From: an uncultured bacterium
GTDB lineage: Bacteria; Chloroflexota; UBA5177; JANWHV01
Length of the DNA stretch: 64,000 nt
NCBI GenBank assembly: GCA_963827235.1
Contig: CAWHAE010000010.1
Location: forward strand, 160,001-224,000
Direction of reading: 5' to 3'
This document shows positions 20,810 to 31,452 of this stretch, one piece after another. The notes below the pieces were generated by a model. That model made no database searches. It had not been told where the DNA came from and saw only the letters and a list, made by a program, of their open reading frames with translations. How positions within the stretch are numbered: position 1 is the stretch's first letter; the number at the start of each line of letters is the position of its first letter. Position numbers and translations under genes: made by a program.

Positions 20810-21316
20810 ATGGCCCGCTTTGTCTTGCTGGTTCTCGCCTTGGATGCCCTGCTGCTCGGCGCCGTACTCGCGGTCTGGACTGCCGGCCGCGCGAGCAATG
20901 GCGACCCGGTGTATTCGGTGGCGGCGCTGGATGCGCAGCTGGAGCAAGCCGGCATTGCCTGGGTGGGACGCACGGTTCGGGTCCGCGGTGCGGTCGGGAA
21001 CTGCGGTCCGTTGAACGGGCCACCCATGTTCTGCCAGGTTCCGCAGCCGCAGGCAGGGGCTGGTTCATTGTCCGTCAATCCGTTGCCTCTGGCCCTCGCG
21101 CACCCGACCGCGCTGCAGCGTTTGTTCCAGCCCCTGCCCGTGCTACGCAATCTGGTTGTGGAGCCACCGTCTGCCCTATCGGCTGACGAGGCCGGCGTCT
21201 TTCGGATCACGCTCCAGCGGCAACGTGACCTCGACTGCGGCAGCGCGGTGTGCTACGAAGGCCTCGTCGTGGCCGTGACGGTAACGAACAGCCCGGAAGC
21301 TGGGAGCGCGCACTGA
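20810..21316 (+). CDS. Hypothetical membrane-anchored/secreted protein (possible OB-like fold)
   Basis: N-terminal TM, VGRTVRVRGAV, paired cysteines; divergent from the STAND gene. Confidence 0.55.
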   Translation: MARFVLLVLALDALLLGAVLAVWTAGRASNGDPVYSVAALDAQLEQAGIAWVGRTVRVRGAVGNCGPLNGPPMFCQVPQPQAGAGSLSVNPLPLALAHPTALQRLFQPLPVLRNLVVEPPSALSADEAGVFRITLQRQRDLDCGSAVCYEGLVVAVTVTNSPEAGSAH

Positions 21317-21631
21317 CAGCCAACCTATTCTCACCGACTCATCGCGAGAACTTGCACGACATGCGCCCAACTCGGATACGGCGCACAAGAAGCAAGTCCG
21401 GCGACAAGGCGAGGTTTGCAGCCAAATCGCGGACTCATGAGTATGCAGCCTCAGTTGTGCCCAGCCCTGGTCCGCTCCGTGCGGTGAACCGCGTTTCGGC
21501 TCCCGCACGCCACCAGACCGGGCTAATCGCCAGCCAAACGCGCTTCTGCTGTTATCTGCAACATGCGGCCCAGGCAGGCGCACGCCATACTGACTGCTGA
21601 GGCAGGCCCATGAGTCGCCGGCTGAGGGGTA

Positions 21632-22249
21632 GTGAGCACCGTGGTAAAGAAGCTCGACCGCGTGCTGGTCATCGACGTCGAGGCGACCTGCTGGCCGGGC
21701 GAGCCGCCGGCAGGCCAAGTCAGCGACATCATCGAGATCGGCATCTGTACCGTCGAGGTTGCGACAGGCGTCCGCGCCGACCGCCGCAGCCTGCTGGTCC
21801 GTCCGACTCGCTCCACGGTCAGCGAGTACTGTGCAGCGTTGACCTCGCTGACACCGGCAGAGGTGGAGCAGGGTATGGACTTCGGTGAGGCGTGCAGCGT
21901 GCTCGAGGGCGACTACCTTAGCCGGGCGAGGGCTTGGGCCAGTTGGGGTGACTACGATCGCCAGCAGTTCGAGCGCCAGTGCCGCGACCTTGACATCGCC
22001 TATCCATTCGGACCGAGCCACATCAACACGAAGACCCTGTTCGCCCTCTGGCATCGCCTGCCGCGCGAGCTGGGCATGGCGCGGGCCTTGGCTTTCGCGC
22101 AACTCCCGCTCGAGGGCACGCACCACCGGGGTGGCGACGATGCCTGGAACATCGCTGCCCTTCTTGCCAGCTTGCTGCCCAGCGCCACGAAGGCGCCAGG
22201 CTCGGGTGGCGAGGGCGGGCCAGACAGCGCAACAACCGGGCCCGCCTAG
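21632..22249 (+). CDS. DEDDh 3'-5' exonuclease (ERI-1/KapD-like)
   Basis: VIDVEATCW, DIIEIG, SWGDYD, HINTK, HHRGGDDA. Confidence 0.9.
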   Translation: MSTVVKKLDRVLVIDVEATCWPGEPPAGQVSDIIEIGICTVEVATGVRADRRSLLVRPTRSTVSEYCAALTSLTPAEVEQGMDFGEACSVLEGDYLSRARAWASWGDYDRQQFERQCRDLDIAYPFGPSHINTKTLFALWHRLPRELGMARALAFAQLPLEGTHHRGGDDAWNIAALLASLLPSATKAPGSGGEGGPDSATTGPA

Positions 22250-22622
22250 ACAGCAAAGCCAACCAAGGCGTAACTCATGCCGTCGCGGTGTCCAACGTGG
22301 CTGCCGCGTGCGACCGCCGTCGCCTGCCCACCGACCCACGGAGCCTGCCGTTAGGACAGGGCGAATGTATCCCGTTCCTACAGCGCTACCCCTAGTACCC
22401 TCCACGGCACGTCACACAACATATCCATCCTGGGCGCTCACTAGGTGGGAGCGTTCCTCTGCCACACCCTTGCAATACGATCTCTTGGTGCACAAGCCTT
22501 GCGCCCATCTCACGCGACCGTATAACCATGTCCGCCGCAAGGCTGATCGGTCGGCGCACGCGGATCGTTGATGGATCGTGTAGGCGTCTTGGCGCAGCAG
22601 CCGCACGCAGTCTCGACCAGAA

Positions 22623-23625
22623 TCAGTGCGCGCGCCTCTCTTGGGCTGGACGGGTGTGCCACGCGTTCAGCACGGCACGCTCCCGCTCCGCTGCCAGGCC
22701 GGCCGCGTGCGGCGTGCCCGCAGGACGCTCCGCGTCCCAGCGCAGCGTATCGCGAATGGTCTCCGCCAGCGGCCGGAAGCGCAGGCCGGCACCGATGGCC
22801 CGCGCGCACTTGACGGTCATGTCTTCCTGCGGGATCCACAAGGGGAGTTCCATCCAGGGCCCGACCTGCTGCGCCAGCAAGAAGTCATCGGGCAGCCAGG
22901 TGAACCAGGCATCGCTCCCCGCTTCCGCCCGACAGGCCTGGAGCAGCGCCTCCATGCTCAGTCCCGCTGCCGGGCCTGTCGCGTTGAAGGTCCCCGTCGC
23001 ACCGGCCTCGGCTTGTCTCACCAGCCAGGCCGCGAGGTCGCGCACATCGATGAACTGCTTCTGTGCCGCCGGCCGCCCGGGCGCCAGGACCTCGCCGCCT
23101 TGCACCACCCGGCGCGGCCAGTAGGTGAAGCGATCCGTCGGATCGTGCGGGCCCACCAATCAGGCCGGGCCGAACGACCAGCACCCGGCCCGGCAGGGCC
23201 GCTGCCGCGGCTTGCTCGCAGAGCGCCTTCAGCGGGCCGTAGTGCTCCGGCGACGTGTCTTCGACTGCCGGATCCGGCAAGGTGCCGACTAGGCTCTCCT
23301 CATCCAGATCGGGCAGTGCGAGGTCCGGGTAGACCGATATCGTGGACACAAAGACGTACCGGCCGACCGCGTCTGCCAGCAGCCCTGCGGAGGCGGCCAC
23401 CAGCCGCGGCACGTAGCCAGACGTATCCACCACCGCGTCCCACGTGCGACCCTCTACAGCGCCGAGATCGCCATCGCGGTCGCCCTGCAGCCGCGCTACC
23501 TCCGGAAACAGTTCGGCGTTATGGCGTCCACGGTTGAACAGCGTGACGTGATGCCCGGCGGCCAGGGCTGCCTCGACCAGGTGCCGACCGACAAAGACCG
23601 TGCCACCCAGGATTAGCAGCTTCAT
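22623..23625 (-). CDS. NAD-dependent epimerase/dehydratase (one frameshift near 23155)
   Basis: ILGGTVFVG, YGPLK; removing one G (ATTGGTG to ATTGTG) joins VRPGLI to VGPHDPTDRFTYW. Confidence 0.88.
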
Positions 23626-23887
23626 CCAGTCCCCTCCGCCTCACCTTCCGATCTTAGCGCAGGTGTCGTGGGTGCTGCCTGACGATGGCACCGACGGAAT
23701 TCGATACTCGCGCCCACGGCGCAATCGCCCGACCAGAGGCGAATAGGCGCTTCCATGGGGAGTGGCACGGTACCATGCGGTTGTATGATCATGCGGTGGT
23801 CTTCCCCTACTGCCCGCGCAAGCGCCGCGCGCTGGCCTGGGCACGCGCGTCAGGTGAGGCCTCCACTAGTGCGCAAGGAGCGTAGTC

Positions 23888-24322
23888 ATGGAAGCCACTT
23901 CGTTCGTGGGCGGTTGGCGCTTGCTGTCGTGGGAGCTGCACGATGCTGCCGGTCACATCGACTGCCCGTTCGGGCGCGACCCCATCGGCTATCTCATTTA
24001 CACGCCCGATGGCTACATGAGTGCCACCCTCACGCCGGCGCGCCGTCCCCACTTCGCCGCGAGCGACATCATGGGAGGAGACGTGATGGAGCGCGCAGCG
24101 GCAGCAGCCACCTGCATCGCCTATGCCGGCCCCTACGAGGTGCGCGCGGGCGCAGTCCTGCACCACGTGGAGGTGAGCTTGTTTCCCAATTGGATTGGCA
24201 CTACCCAGGAACGCTACTATGCATTCTCCGACGACCGGCTCACGCTGAGCACGGTACCCATCATCGTGCGGGGCCTCGAGCAGCGCGCCTACCTGGTCTG
24301 GGAACGGGCACCGCAGCGATAA
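23888..24322 (+). CDS. Lipocalin-like domain protein
   Basis: FVGGWRLLSW, PIGYLIYTPDGYMS, IAYAGPY, SLFPNWIGTTQERY. Confidence 0.88.
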   Translation: MEATSFVGGWRLLSWELHDAAGHIDCPFGRDPIGYLIYTPDGYMSATLTPARRPHFAASDIMGGDVMERAAAAATCIAYAGPYEVRAGAVLHHVEVSLFPNWIGTTQERYYAFSDDRLTLSTVPIIVRGLEQRAYLVWERAPQR

Positions 24323-24501
24323 TAGGGTGGCTGGTCACACCTATATGAACGTAACGGCCCGCCTGAGCAGAGCAGGTCATCCATGCGCCCCGGCATGATG
24401 CGCATCGGCCAGCCGCAGGACTGGGGAAGCATTTGCACGTGACGACGGTCACATGCCGCGCCGTCCGTATGTCCATGCAGGCGCAGCGAGTCGCGTCCGA
24501 C

Positions 24502-25462
24502 TCACCAGCGCCCGATCGTCTCGCGCAGTTGCCGATCGCTCCACTTCGCGTAGATGCGCGTCGTCTCCAGCTTGGTGTGCCCTAAATGCCGAGCCGTGGC
24601 TTCCAGGTCGTGCGTCTCCGCATACAGGCGCGTCCCAGCAGTGTGCCGGAGCGCATGCACGCCCTTCGCCGTTACGCCGGCCTGCGCGCAGAGCAGCTGC
24701 ATGTGTCGCCAGGCACTCGCCGCCGTGTGATAAGAGCACGGACCCCATCCCCCGGCCTCGCCAACGCCTCCAAGCCCTGGCCCAACGTGGCCCTAGGGGC
24801 AACACCCCTTTCCCGGCTCCCCTTGCCTGCCGCACCACGAGGTCTCGACGCGCGAGGTGCACATCGGTCCAGCGCAGGTCGGCGCATTCTTGTGCCCGCA
24901 AGCCGGCATGAGCGCCCAGGAGCACGAGCACTCGGTCTGCCGGGTCCGATGCCGTCTGCAAGAGTGCCGCCACCTCGTCGTCGGCATAGGGCAGGCGCTT
25001 CTCCCACGCCGGTGTCGCGTCCCGCGGTGGTCGGCACTCGTTGAACGAATCGAGACTCAGCGCACGGGCCCAGCGCAACGCCGCATAGAGCCCACGCGCT
25101 GCGGTGAGCCGACCCTGGATCGTCGCCGGTGCGAGTCCACGCCGCTCCAAGTGCCGCAGGTAGCTGGTACCGGCGTCAGGGTCGGGATGGAGGAGGTCCA
25201 CGCGCGCCCACGCGCTGAGCAGGCTGTGCACGCCAGTGTGATAGTTGCGCACGGTGTGGACGGAGACCATGGCGCCGGCACTGCTGAAGGCGCGTAGCCA
25301 CGCCTCGGTCAGGCTCCACAGCGTCCTGGCATCGTGTTCATGCGCCCCCTGCATCGCCGTCCGCCTACGCTCCGAGCGGGACAGGCGTAGCCAGGCGGCC
25401 GTGCCGTCGTCGCCAAAACCGAAATAGGGAACAAGTGCGGTGCCGGGTGGGAGTGCGCACAT
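24502..25462 (-). pseudogene. Tyrosine recombinase/integrase, frameshifted
   Basis: HTVRNY, LAPATIQ, LGAHAGLRAQE (R), GKG (K, other frame), HALRH, LGH, TTRIYA (Y); several indels at 24.72-24.83 kb. Confidence 0.85.
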
Positions 25463-25832
25463 GGCTGAGCCCTTTCTGCCTCGACAAGCATTCACCGTGC
25501 CGCAGCTGGCAACGGTGGCGGCAGCGTACGCCGGTCTGGCTCAGCAGCACAGGACGGTTGTCCACCAGCCTGCAGAGCGCATCCTGCGCCGCGAGGCGAG
25601 CATCGCGCCGTTCCGCACTCGGTTCCTGACTGCCCAGTGTGAAGCGGTGAACGGGACGTTGGCGCATCCGCTGTATCGCATCGCAGTCCATGGGGCACGA
25701 GATCTGCGCCCCTTTGCTCGAGTGGACCTCGGCACTCAGAGACATGGATCAGGCAGTCCTGCGGGCCGACCGGGTAGCGGTATGTCCATACACTGCTCCT
25801 GCTGCCAGTTCACCTGCGGTCGCATTCGCTGA
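25461..25832 (+). CDS. Hypothetical protein (doubtful)
   Basis: ORF whose ATG overlaps the integrase ATG (CATG at 25460-25463); no family recognised. Confidence 0.25.
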   Translation: MAEPFLPRQAFTVPQLATVAAAYAGLAQQHRTVVHQPAERILRREASIAPFRTRFLTAQCEAVNGTLAHPLYRIAVHGARDLRPFARVDLGTQRHGSGSPAGRPGSGMSIHCSCCQFTCGRIR

Positions 25833-26047
25833 CGACGCCCGCACGCACGCCGCTGCAGCACGAGCACGCTCCCGAGAAGGTCGTGCTACACATGCTGCCA
25901 CGATGCCCTGCGGCCCAAGCGGTAACGGCCCGGTCAGTTGTCGGTCGCAGCAGTATGCTGAGGACAGAGGCGTGCAAGGTCGTACCAGTGCACGCGTGGA
26001 GCGAACCACGGCGCTCAGCGGCAGTTGCCGCTACGGGAGGACACGGC

Positions 26048-26743
26048 ATGAAGATCGGTATCATCGGCGCCGGCAACATCGGTGGCACCCTTGCGCGCCG
26101 GCTGACCGCGCTCGGGCATGAAGTGGCCGTCGCCAATTCGCGCGGGGCGGACACGCTCGCCGACCTCGCCGCGGCGACCGGGGCGACGGCCGTGCCGGCC
26201 CGCGAGGCAGCCCGGGGCGCGCACCTCGTGATCGTCACCATCCCCGAGAAGAACGTCCCGCTGCTGCCAGCCGGGCTGTTCGACGAGGCAGCGGCAGGGG
26301 TCGTCGTCGTGGACACCGGCAACTACTACCCCCGGCAGCGTGATGGCCGCATCGAGGCCATTGAGGCCGGGCTGACGGAAAGTCAGTGGGTGGCGCAGCA
26401 GCTGGGTCGGCCGGTGATCAAAGCCTTCAACAACATCTACGCCCAGCACTTGCTCGACCGTGGCAAGCCAGCTGGAACGCCGGGGCGCATCGCCTTGCCC
26501 GTGGCTGGCGACGATCCTGCAGCGAAGGCGGTGGTGCTGCGTGTGGTCGAGGAGCTGGGCTTCGATGGCGTGGATGCCGGGACGCTGGAAGAGTCGTGGC
26601 GGCAGCAGCCCGGCACGCCGGTCTACGCCGCCAATCTCGACGCCGCCGGTGTGCGGCAGGCCCTGGCGCAGGCGAGCCCCGAGCGCCGGCCGGAGTTTCG
26701 CGGCACGGCACATAGCCCAGGCACCTTCAACGCGCCTGCCTAG
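26048..26743 (+). CDS. NADPH-dependent F420 reductase family oxidoreductase
   Basis: MKIGIIGAGNIG, NSRG, VDTGNYYP, KAFNNI, SWRQQPGTPVY. Confidence 0.92.
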   Translation: MKIGIIGAGNIGGTLARRLTALGHEVAVANSRGADTLADLAAATGATAVPAREAARGAHLVIVTIPEKNVPLLPAGLFDEAAAGVVVVDTGNYYPRQRDGRIEAIEAGLTESQWVAQQLGRPVIKAFNNIYAQHLLDRGKPAGTPGRIALPVAGDDPAAKAVVLRVVEELGFDGVDAGTLEESWRQQPGTPVYAANLDAAGVRQALAQASPERRPEFRGTAHSPGTFNAPA

Positions 26744-27284
26744 CGCAAGCAACCGGCACCGCGCCGGCCGTGAGAACGTAGCCGCACTCGGCGCGAGATT
26801 TGCTAGCTGTCGGCCAGCCGCACCGTGGTACGTACACATCTCGAGAGTGTGCGTGGCGCAATCGCCGGCGTCGAACGTTGCAGTACATGCGCCCCTGCCG
26901 TACGCCCACCGAGGGACGGCGTGCACGGTGACGGTCCGGCCTCCACAGTCGGTCACGCCACCAGCAGGTTGGATGTTCATGCAGCTGCAGGCGTACTCGC
27001 TCTCTGCCACCTGCGTCCTATCCTCTCGCGGGATTGCCGGTCGCTTTCACGTCAAGCATGGTGGTGCGCGCCGAGGCACCGTGCTCGTGGTACTCGCCAT
27101 ACACAACGCGCAGCGGCACCGCAGGCGCACCGTCTAGCATCTTACGCTTCGACACGTTAGCGTAGAATTTGGTCGCAACGGACCGCAGGGCTGGTGCGCC
27201 TCAGCTGGCGACGGGCTCCCACCAACGCCAGTGGCCGTCAAGCGCGGAAGCACGCGAGAACACTGGAGCGAAGGGAACAGCCCA

Positions 27285-27452
27285 ATGCCAGCCCAGGACC
27301 GTACGAGCACGGATATCCGTTTGGACGAACAAGTCGCGCTGGTGACCGGCGGAGGTCGCGGCATCGGGCGGGCTATGGCGCTCGCCTTGGGCAGAGCAGG
27401 CGCCGTCGTCGCCGTCTGCGCGCATACCGGCAGCCAACTGGCCGAAACCGTC
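27285..27452 (+). pseudogene. N-terminal fragment of SDR oxidoreductase
   Basis: QVALVTGGGRGIGRAMALAL...QLAETV, then abuts the integrase fragment. Confidence 0.8.
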
Positions 27453-27460
27453 CAACACAC

Positions 27461-27615
27461 AGATCAGATCTCGTCGCGCCAGATGGATATCGGCCCAGCG
27501 CAGGCCCGCGCATTCCTGTATCCGCAGCCCAGCATGCGCACCCAGGAACACCAGGACGCGATCAGCCGGGCCGGCGCTGTCTGCAGCAGCGCTGCGACCT
27601 CGTCATCGGCGTAGG
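27461..27615 (-). pseudogene. Internal fragment of a second tyrosine recombinase paralogue
   Basis: PYADDEVAALLQTA / FLGAHAGLRIQECAGLRWADIHLARRDL closely matches the integrase at 24.8-25.0 kb. Confidence 0.85.
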
Positions 27616-27649
27616 GACACTGCAACAAAGGGAAAGCAACGGGAACCCG

Positions 27650-28230
27650 CACGCTGGGCCCGGCGCCCGTGCGGGCCGCGCTCGACCGGCTCACGAACCG
27701 CCGGCCCAAGGGGGCCAAGGTGGTTCGCCTGACCCGCGACTACCTGGCCCGACATGCGGCCCGCCTGGACTACCCCGCCTTCCGGGCCCAACTGTTCCCG
27801 ATCGGCTCGGGGGCCATCGAGGGCACCGTCAAGAACTTCATCCGAGCGCGCCAGGTGCAGGCCGGCATGCGCTGGACGCCGCAGGGGGGCCCACGCCGTC
27901 GCCAACCTGCGCGCCCTGCACCGCTGGCAGCGGTTCTGGCAGTCGCGGCCCCTGGGCCGTGCGGCGGCCCTGAGGCACGCCACCCGTCGGCGTCAGGCCG
28001 CCGAGCACGCCGCCGCAGCGCTCCAGCCTGCCGTGCCGACCACACCGCCCGCCCCGCAAACGGCGACCGCGACGCCGCCAGAGACCACCCCACCCTCACC
28101 GACTGCCCACGGTGCCGCACCCGCATCCAAACGGAAGGGAAGCCCTGGAGCAAGAGCATGGACTACTGGCGCCGCACTCCCCTCAGTCAGCGGCGCCCAG
28201 CCTGACCTAGCCCAAATGCAATCACACATC
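27650..28230 (+). mobile_element. ISKra4/ISLre2-like transposase C-terminal remnant
   Basis: RLDYPAFRAQLFPIGSGAIEGTVK...AGMRWT..GAHAVANLRAL (frameshifted); possible right end near 28210-28230. Confidence 0.8.
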
Positions 28231-28383
28231 ACCGGCCCGCCCCAAGAGCTTGAGCTAGTTGCGTGGCGGCCTCAGCCGCGCTATGCTCGTGGTGTCGCAT
28301 TGCAGGGAACGGTGGCACGAGGCGGCGCGCATTCGTGCCTGCCGTGGTAGACGACCGCGAACATGCGGCACGAGGTCCGGGCC

Positions 28384-29612
28384 ATGAAACTACGCCCGCG
28401 AAGTTGGTGGGTCCGCTTGCTGGTTGGCATCGTGCTCGTGGCGGTCACGCTTCCCTGGTCCGCTGCCTCCGGCGGGCCGCCCACAGCGCACGCGAGCGGC
28501 GGCCCCAGACCAAGTATACATCCCGCCGGTCACCGGGACGGCCGACCCCAGCGTGCCGGCTGCCGAGAAGGAGGCCATCAGCCACGCGATTCAGAACCTG
28601 GTGGCGGAGCAGCTGGCCAAGAAGTATCCGTGCTCGACCGTCGCCACCAGCGCCGACCTGGCGAATGTCCTGGGCTGGCAGAAGAACAGGGGCTCGCTGA
28701 GCGCGACCACGCCGGAGCAGGAGGAGCAGGTCCTGGAGAGCGTGGCGGGCGCGCTGGGCGCCGCCACGTTGGTCGTCGCATCGTACGCCATGATCGGCGA
28801 CACGCTTAGTGACGGTAAGCGTCATGGACGCGACCACGGGCCAGGTGATCGACAGGACCGCGACCACGGCCCGCAACCAGGGGTCGGACGCCTTTCTCGA
28901 CCTTGCCGGCGAGGCCGTCGACCAGATCTCGGCCGGACTCTGCCGGGCCTACTGGGTCGGATCGATCACTATCATGGACGACGACAACGGCACCTCCAAG
29001 ACGTTCGATACGATCGTGTCGGATGCCGGCGCCAAGAAATACCCCTCCACCGTCACCCTGAACAGCCACGTGTTCGAGAGCGCGTTGCTGACGCCGCCGC
29101 GCGGCCTCTCGCAGTCGACCGGCGACATTGCCCAGCAAACCGCGCTCATCACGTACCAGCGGTCGGATGTCACGCACAGCAGCCGCACGATGGGCTTGCT
29201 GGATTCCTGCAACGCGCACCTGCGCAACCTCACCTTCACGCTCGAAGAAACGTCGTCGCACAAGGCGCAGGATTCCTGGAGGGGCCCGGTGAGCGTGAAC
29301 GTGGACCAGGAGGCCGGGACCTACACGATCGGCATCACCGGGCGCGACGTGAACTCGCAGCTGACGGCCACCACGAAGCACACGGGGTTTAACAAGGCGC
29401 CATGCGGCAAGCCGCCGGCGGACTCGTCGGTAACGGACATGGTCACGTTGAGCGTGACGAACTGGGAGCTGGATGGCAGGCTGGATCCCAAGAACCCGTA
29501 CAAGCTCGCCGGCCATACCCACCGGGTCGACACCGGCCTCGGCATGACGAACACGCTCGAAGAGTCGTGGTCGCTCACGCTCAAGAATCCGCCCAAGTCG
29601 GGCACGTCCTGA
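28384..29612 (+). CDS. Secreted protein with CsgG/TolB-N-like domain (two frameshifts, about 28495 and 28808)
   Basis: Signal peptide in ORF 28363, body in ORFs 28424 and 28809; ALGAATLVVASYAMIGDTL/VTVSVMDATTGQVI pattern. Confidence 0.55.
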
Positions 29613-29661
29613 TGCAGGCAAGATACGCCTGCGTTGCTGGAGATTTGGAAAGGATCCGCAC

Positions 29662-31452
29662 GTGATGAATCGACTATTCTTCTGCGCGGCGGCCTTTGCG
29701 ATGCTCACCGTCGGCGGAGCGCTCCCCTCGCAGGCGGCAGTGCTGCCGGCTGGCAGCACGATTGCGGCGCTCGGCAGCGATTTCGCGACGTCCCTCACCG
29801 GCGCGATTCCCGGGAAGGGGCGCACGCTGCGCCTGGACGTGCGCCGCAGCGGCGACGACAAGAGCGTGCAGCTTGCACTGACCATCCGGAACGCCGCAGG
29901 CACCTCCGGCAGCGATTTCACGTTCGGCGTGCCGGCGAGCGACCTGGTACTGGGCAGCGGCAGCGCCGGCCTGGATACGCACCAGCATCTGGGCCGCTAC
30001 GGCACCATCAGCGTGCGGTGGACGTACGGCGCCCCACCCGCCCAGATCACACTGCCCGCCGATCCCTGCCTGGGCACCGCCGCCACGTCCGTGACGCGCG
30101 CAGTCGCCGGCGCCAGCGGCCGCCTGGCCCTCGCGCTGCCCGGGGAAGGCTCCGTGGACGTGCCGCTGGGCAGTGCCGGGCTGGCGCTCGATAGCGGGTA
30201 CAATGTCAGGCTGCCGGAGAGCAACGACTTGCCGGACCGGCGCATCTACTACACGAGCGTGAGCGCCACGAAGTCCCTCGGCGCCGGCAAGAGCCTGCTG
30301 GTTACCGCCATCAACACGGGCAGGACGGCCAGGATCACCTTCACGCTCAGGTCGAGCGGCGCTGCGAGCACAGGACTGATAAGCTCCAGTCACTTTGCCA
30401 CCGACTCGCTGCCGCTTGCCGGCTTGACTACCGGCACTGGCAAGGCGGGCCAGCCGGCAACCACGCTCACTTATAAGGGCGCCCTGGGCAGCGCCGGCCT
30501 CGCCTTCACCGGCAGCGGTGAGCCGATGGTCGCGAGCGACAAGGGCCGCTGCGTCAATCCAAACGCCGCTGCGGCAGACTTGGGCAAGACCGTGGGCGAA
30601 CAGCTGGCGCGCGCGGCCGTCGAGGGCTCCGTGAGCCTGTCGGCCACTGCCGCTTCCGGCGTCCTGCGCGCCACGTTCGGCAACGGCGACCTGGGAATGG
30701 TCGCCGTATACGGCCCCACGACTGCCGCCGCGGGCGTGCCGTCCGCTACGGGCACCGGGCTGCCCGTGTTCGGCAGAGGCGATGTCCCCGGGATTCGGCA
30801 GATCGGTCCGGCGCCAGGCGGCGAGCTGTCTGCTGCTAGAGCCATTACCGTGACCTTCGCGCATCCCCTGCCCGCGCACGCGTACCTGGTAGTCATGCTC
30901 GAGGGGCCTGGAGGCGCGGTCCCGCTTTCGGATCCGGTGCTGCACGGTAACGCTGCAACGGTGACACTCACCTCCCCGGCAGCGCTCGAGCCAGGGAGGT
31001 ATACGCTTGAGGTGAGCGCGACCAGCCGGTCCGGCGGCCAGGTCTTCTATGATGGGACGTACGTCGTAAGCGCCAGGCTCAGCGCGGGCGGTACGCCGGT
31101 CGCGCGCGGCACGGCGCTGCCCGGCGTGATTGTCACCGGCGACTTCCCGCCCGTTGTCGGCATGAGCCCGGAGCCCGGCAGCACGATCACCACCCGAACC
31201 CCGACCTTCGTGGTGACACTCAGGTCCCGCCCGGCCGCCGACGCGAGCTTCCATGTGGTGTGCGGCCCGTCGGATAGCAAGGGCAATCCCACGGGCATGG
31301 TGCAACTATCGGACCCGGTAGTGCAGGGCAACACCGTCACCGCGTCCGTCCTCTCCTCCTCTGCGCTGAGCCCCGGACGCTACGTGTTCATCATCCAGGG
31401 CGGTGACGGCGGCGGCCTGCTTGAGTTCCGGGCGATGTACACTGTCAAATAG
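29662..31452 (+). CDS. Secreted beta-rich protein with two C-terminal Ig-like repeats
   Basis: Signal peptide ending SQA; repeated motif P.PG...T.T...LSDPV..GN..T......L.PGRY. Confidence 0.7.
   Translation: MMNRLFFCAAAFAMLTVGGALPSQAAVLPAGSTIAALGSDFATSLTGAIPGKGRTLRLDVRRSGDDKSVQLALTIRNAAGTSGSDFTFGVPASDLVLGSGSAGLDTHQHLGRYGTISVRWTYGAPPAQITLPADPCLGTAATSVTRAVAGASGRLALALPGEGSVDVPLGSAGLALDSGYNVRLPESNDLPDRRIYYTSVSATKSLGAGKSLLVTAINTGRTARITFTLRSSGAASTGLISSSHFATDSLPLAGLTTGTGKAGQPATTLTYKGALGSAGLAFTGSGEPMVASDKGRCVNPNAAAADLGKTVGEQLARAAVEGSVSLSATAASGVLRATFGNGDLGMVAVYGPTTAAAGVPSATGTGLPVFGRGDVPGIRQIGPAPGGELSAARAITVTFAHPLPAHAYLVVMLEGPGGAVPLSDPVLHGNAATVTLTSPAALEPGRYTLEVSATSRSGGQVFYDGTYVVSARLSAGGTPVARGTALPGVIVTGDFPPVVGMSPEPGSTITTRTPTFVVTLRSRPAADASFHVVCGPSDSKGNPTGMVQLSDPVVQGNTVTASVLSSSALSPGRYVFIIQGGDGGGLLEFRAMYTVK

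Noticed and set aside
22268-22357. Possible integron attC (GCGTAAC...GTTAGGA) suggesting a cassette array
   Set aside because: Poor R/L box pairing and spacing, no similar sites after other genes, mixed gene orientations, and the recombinase lacks the IntI-specific insertion.
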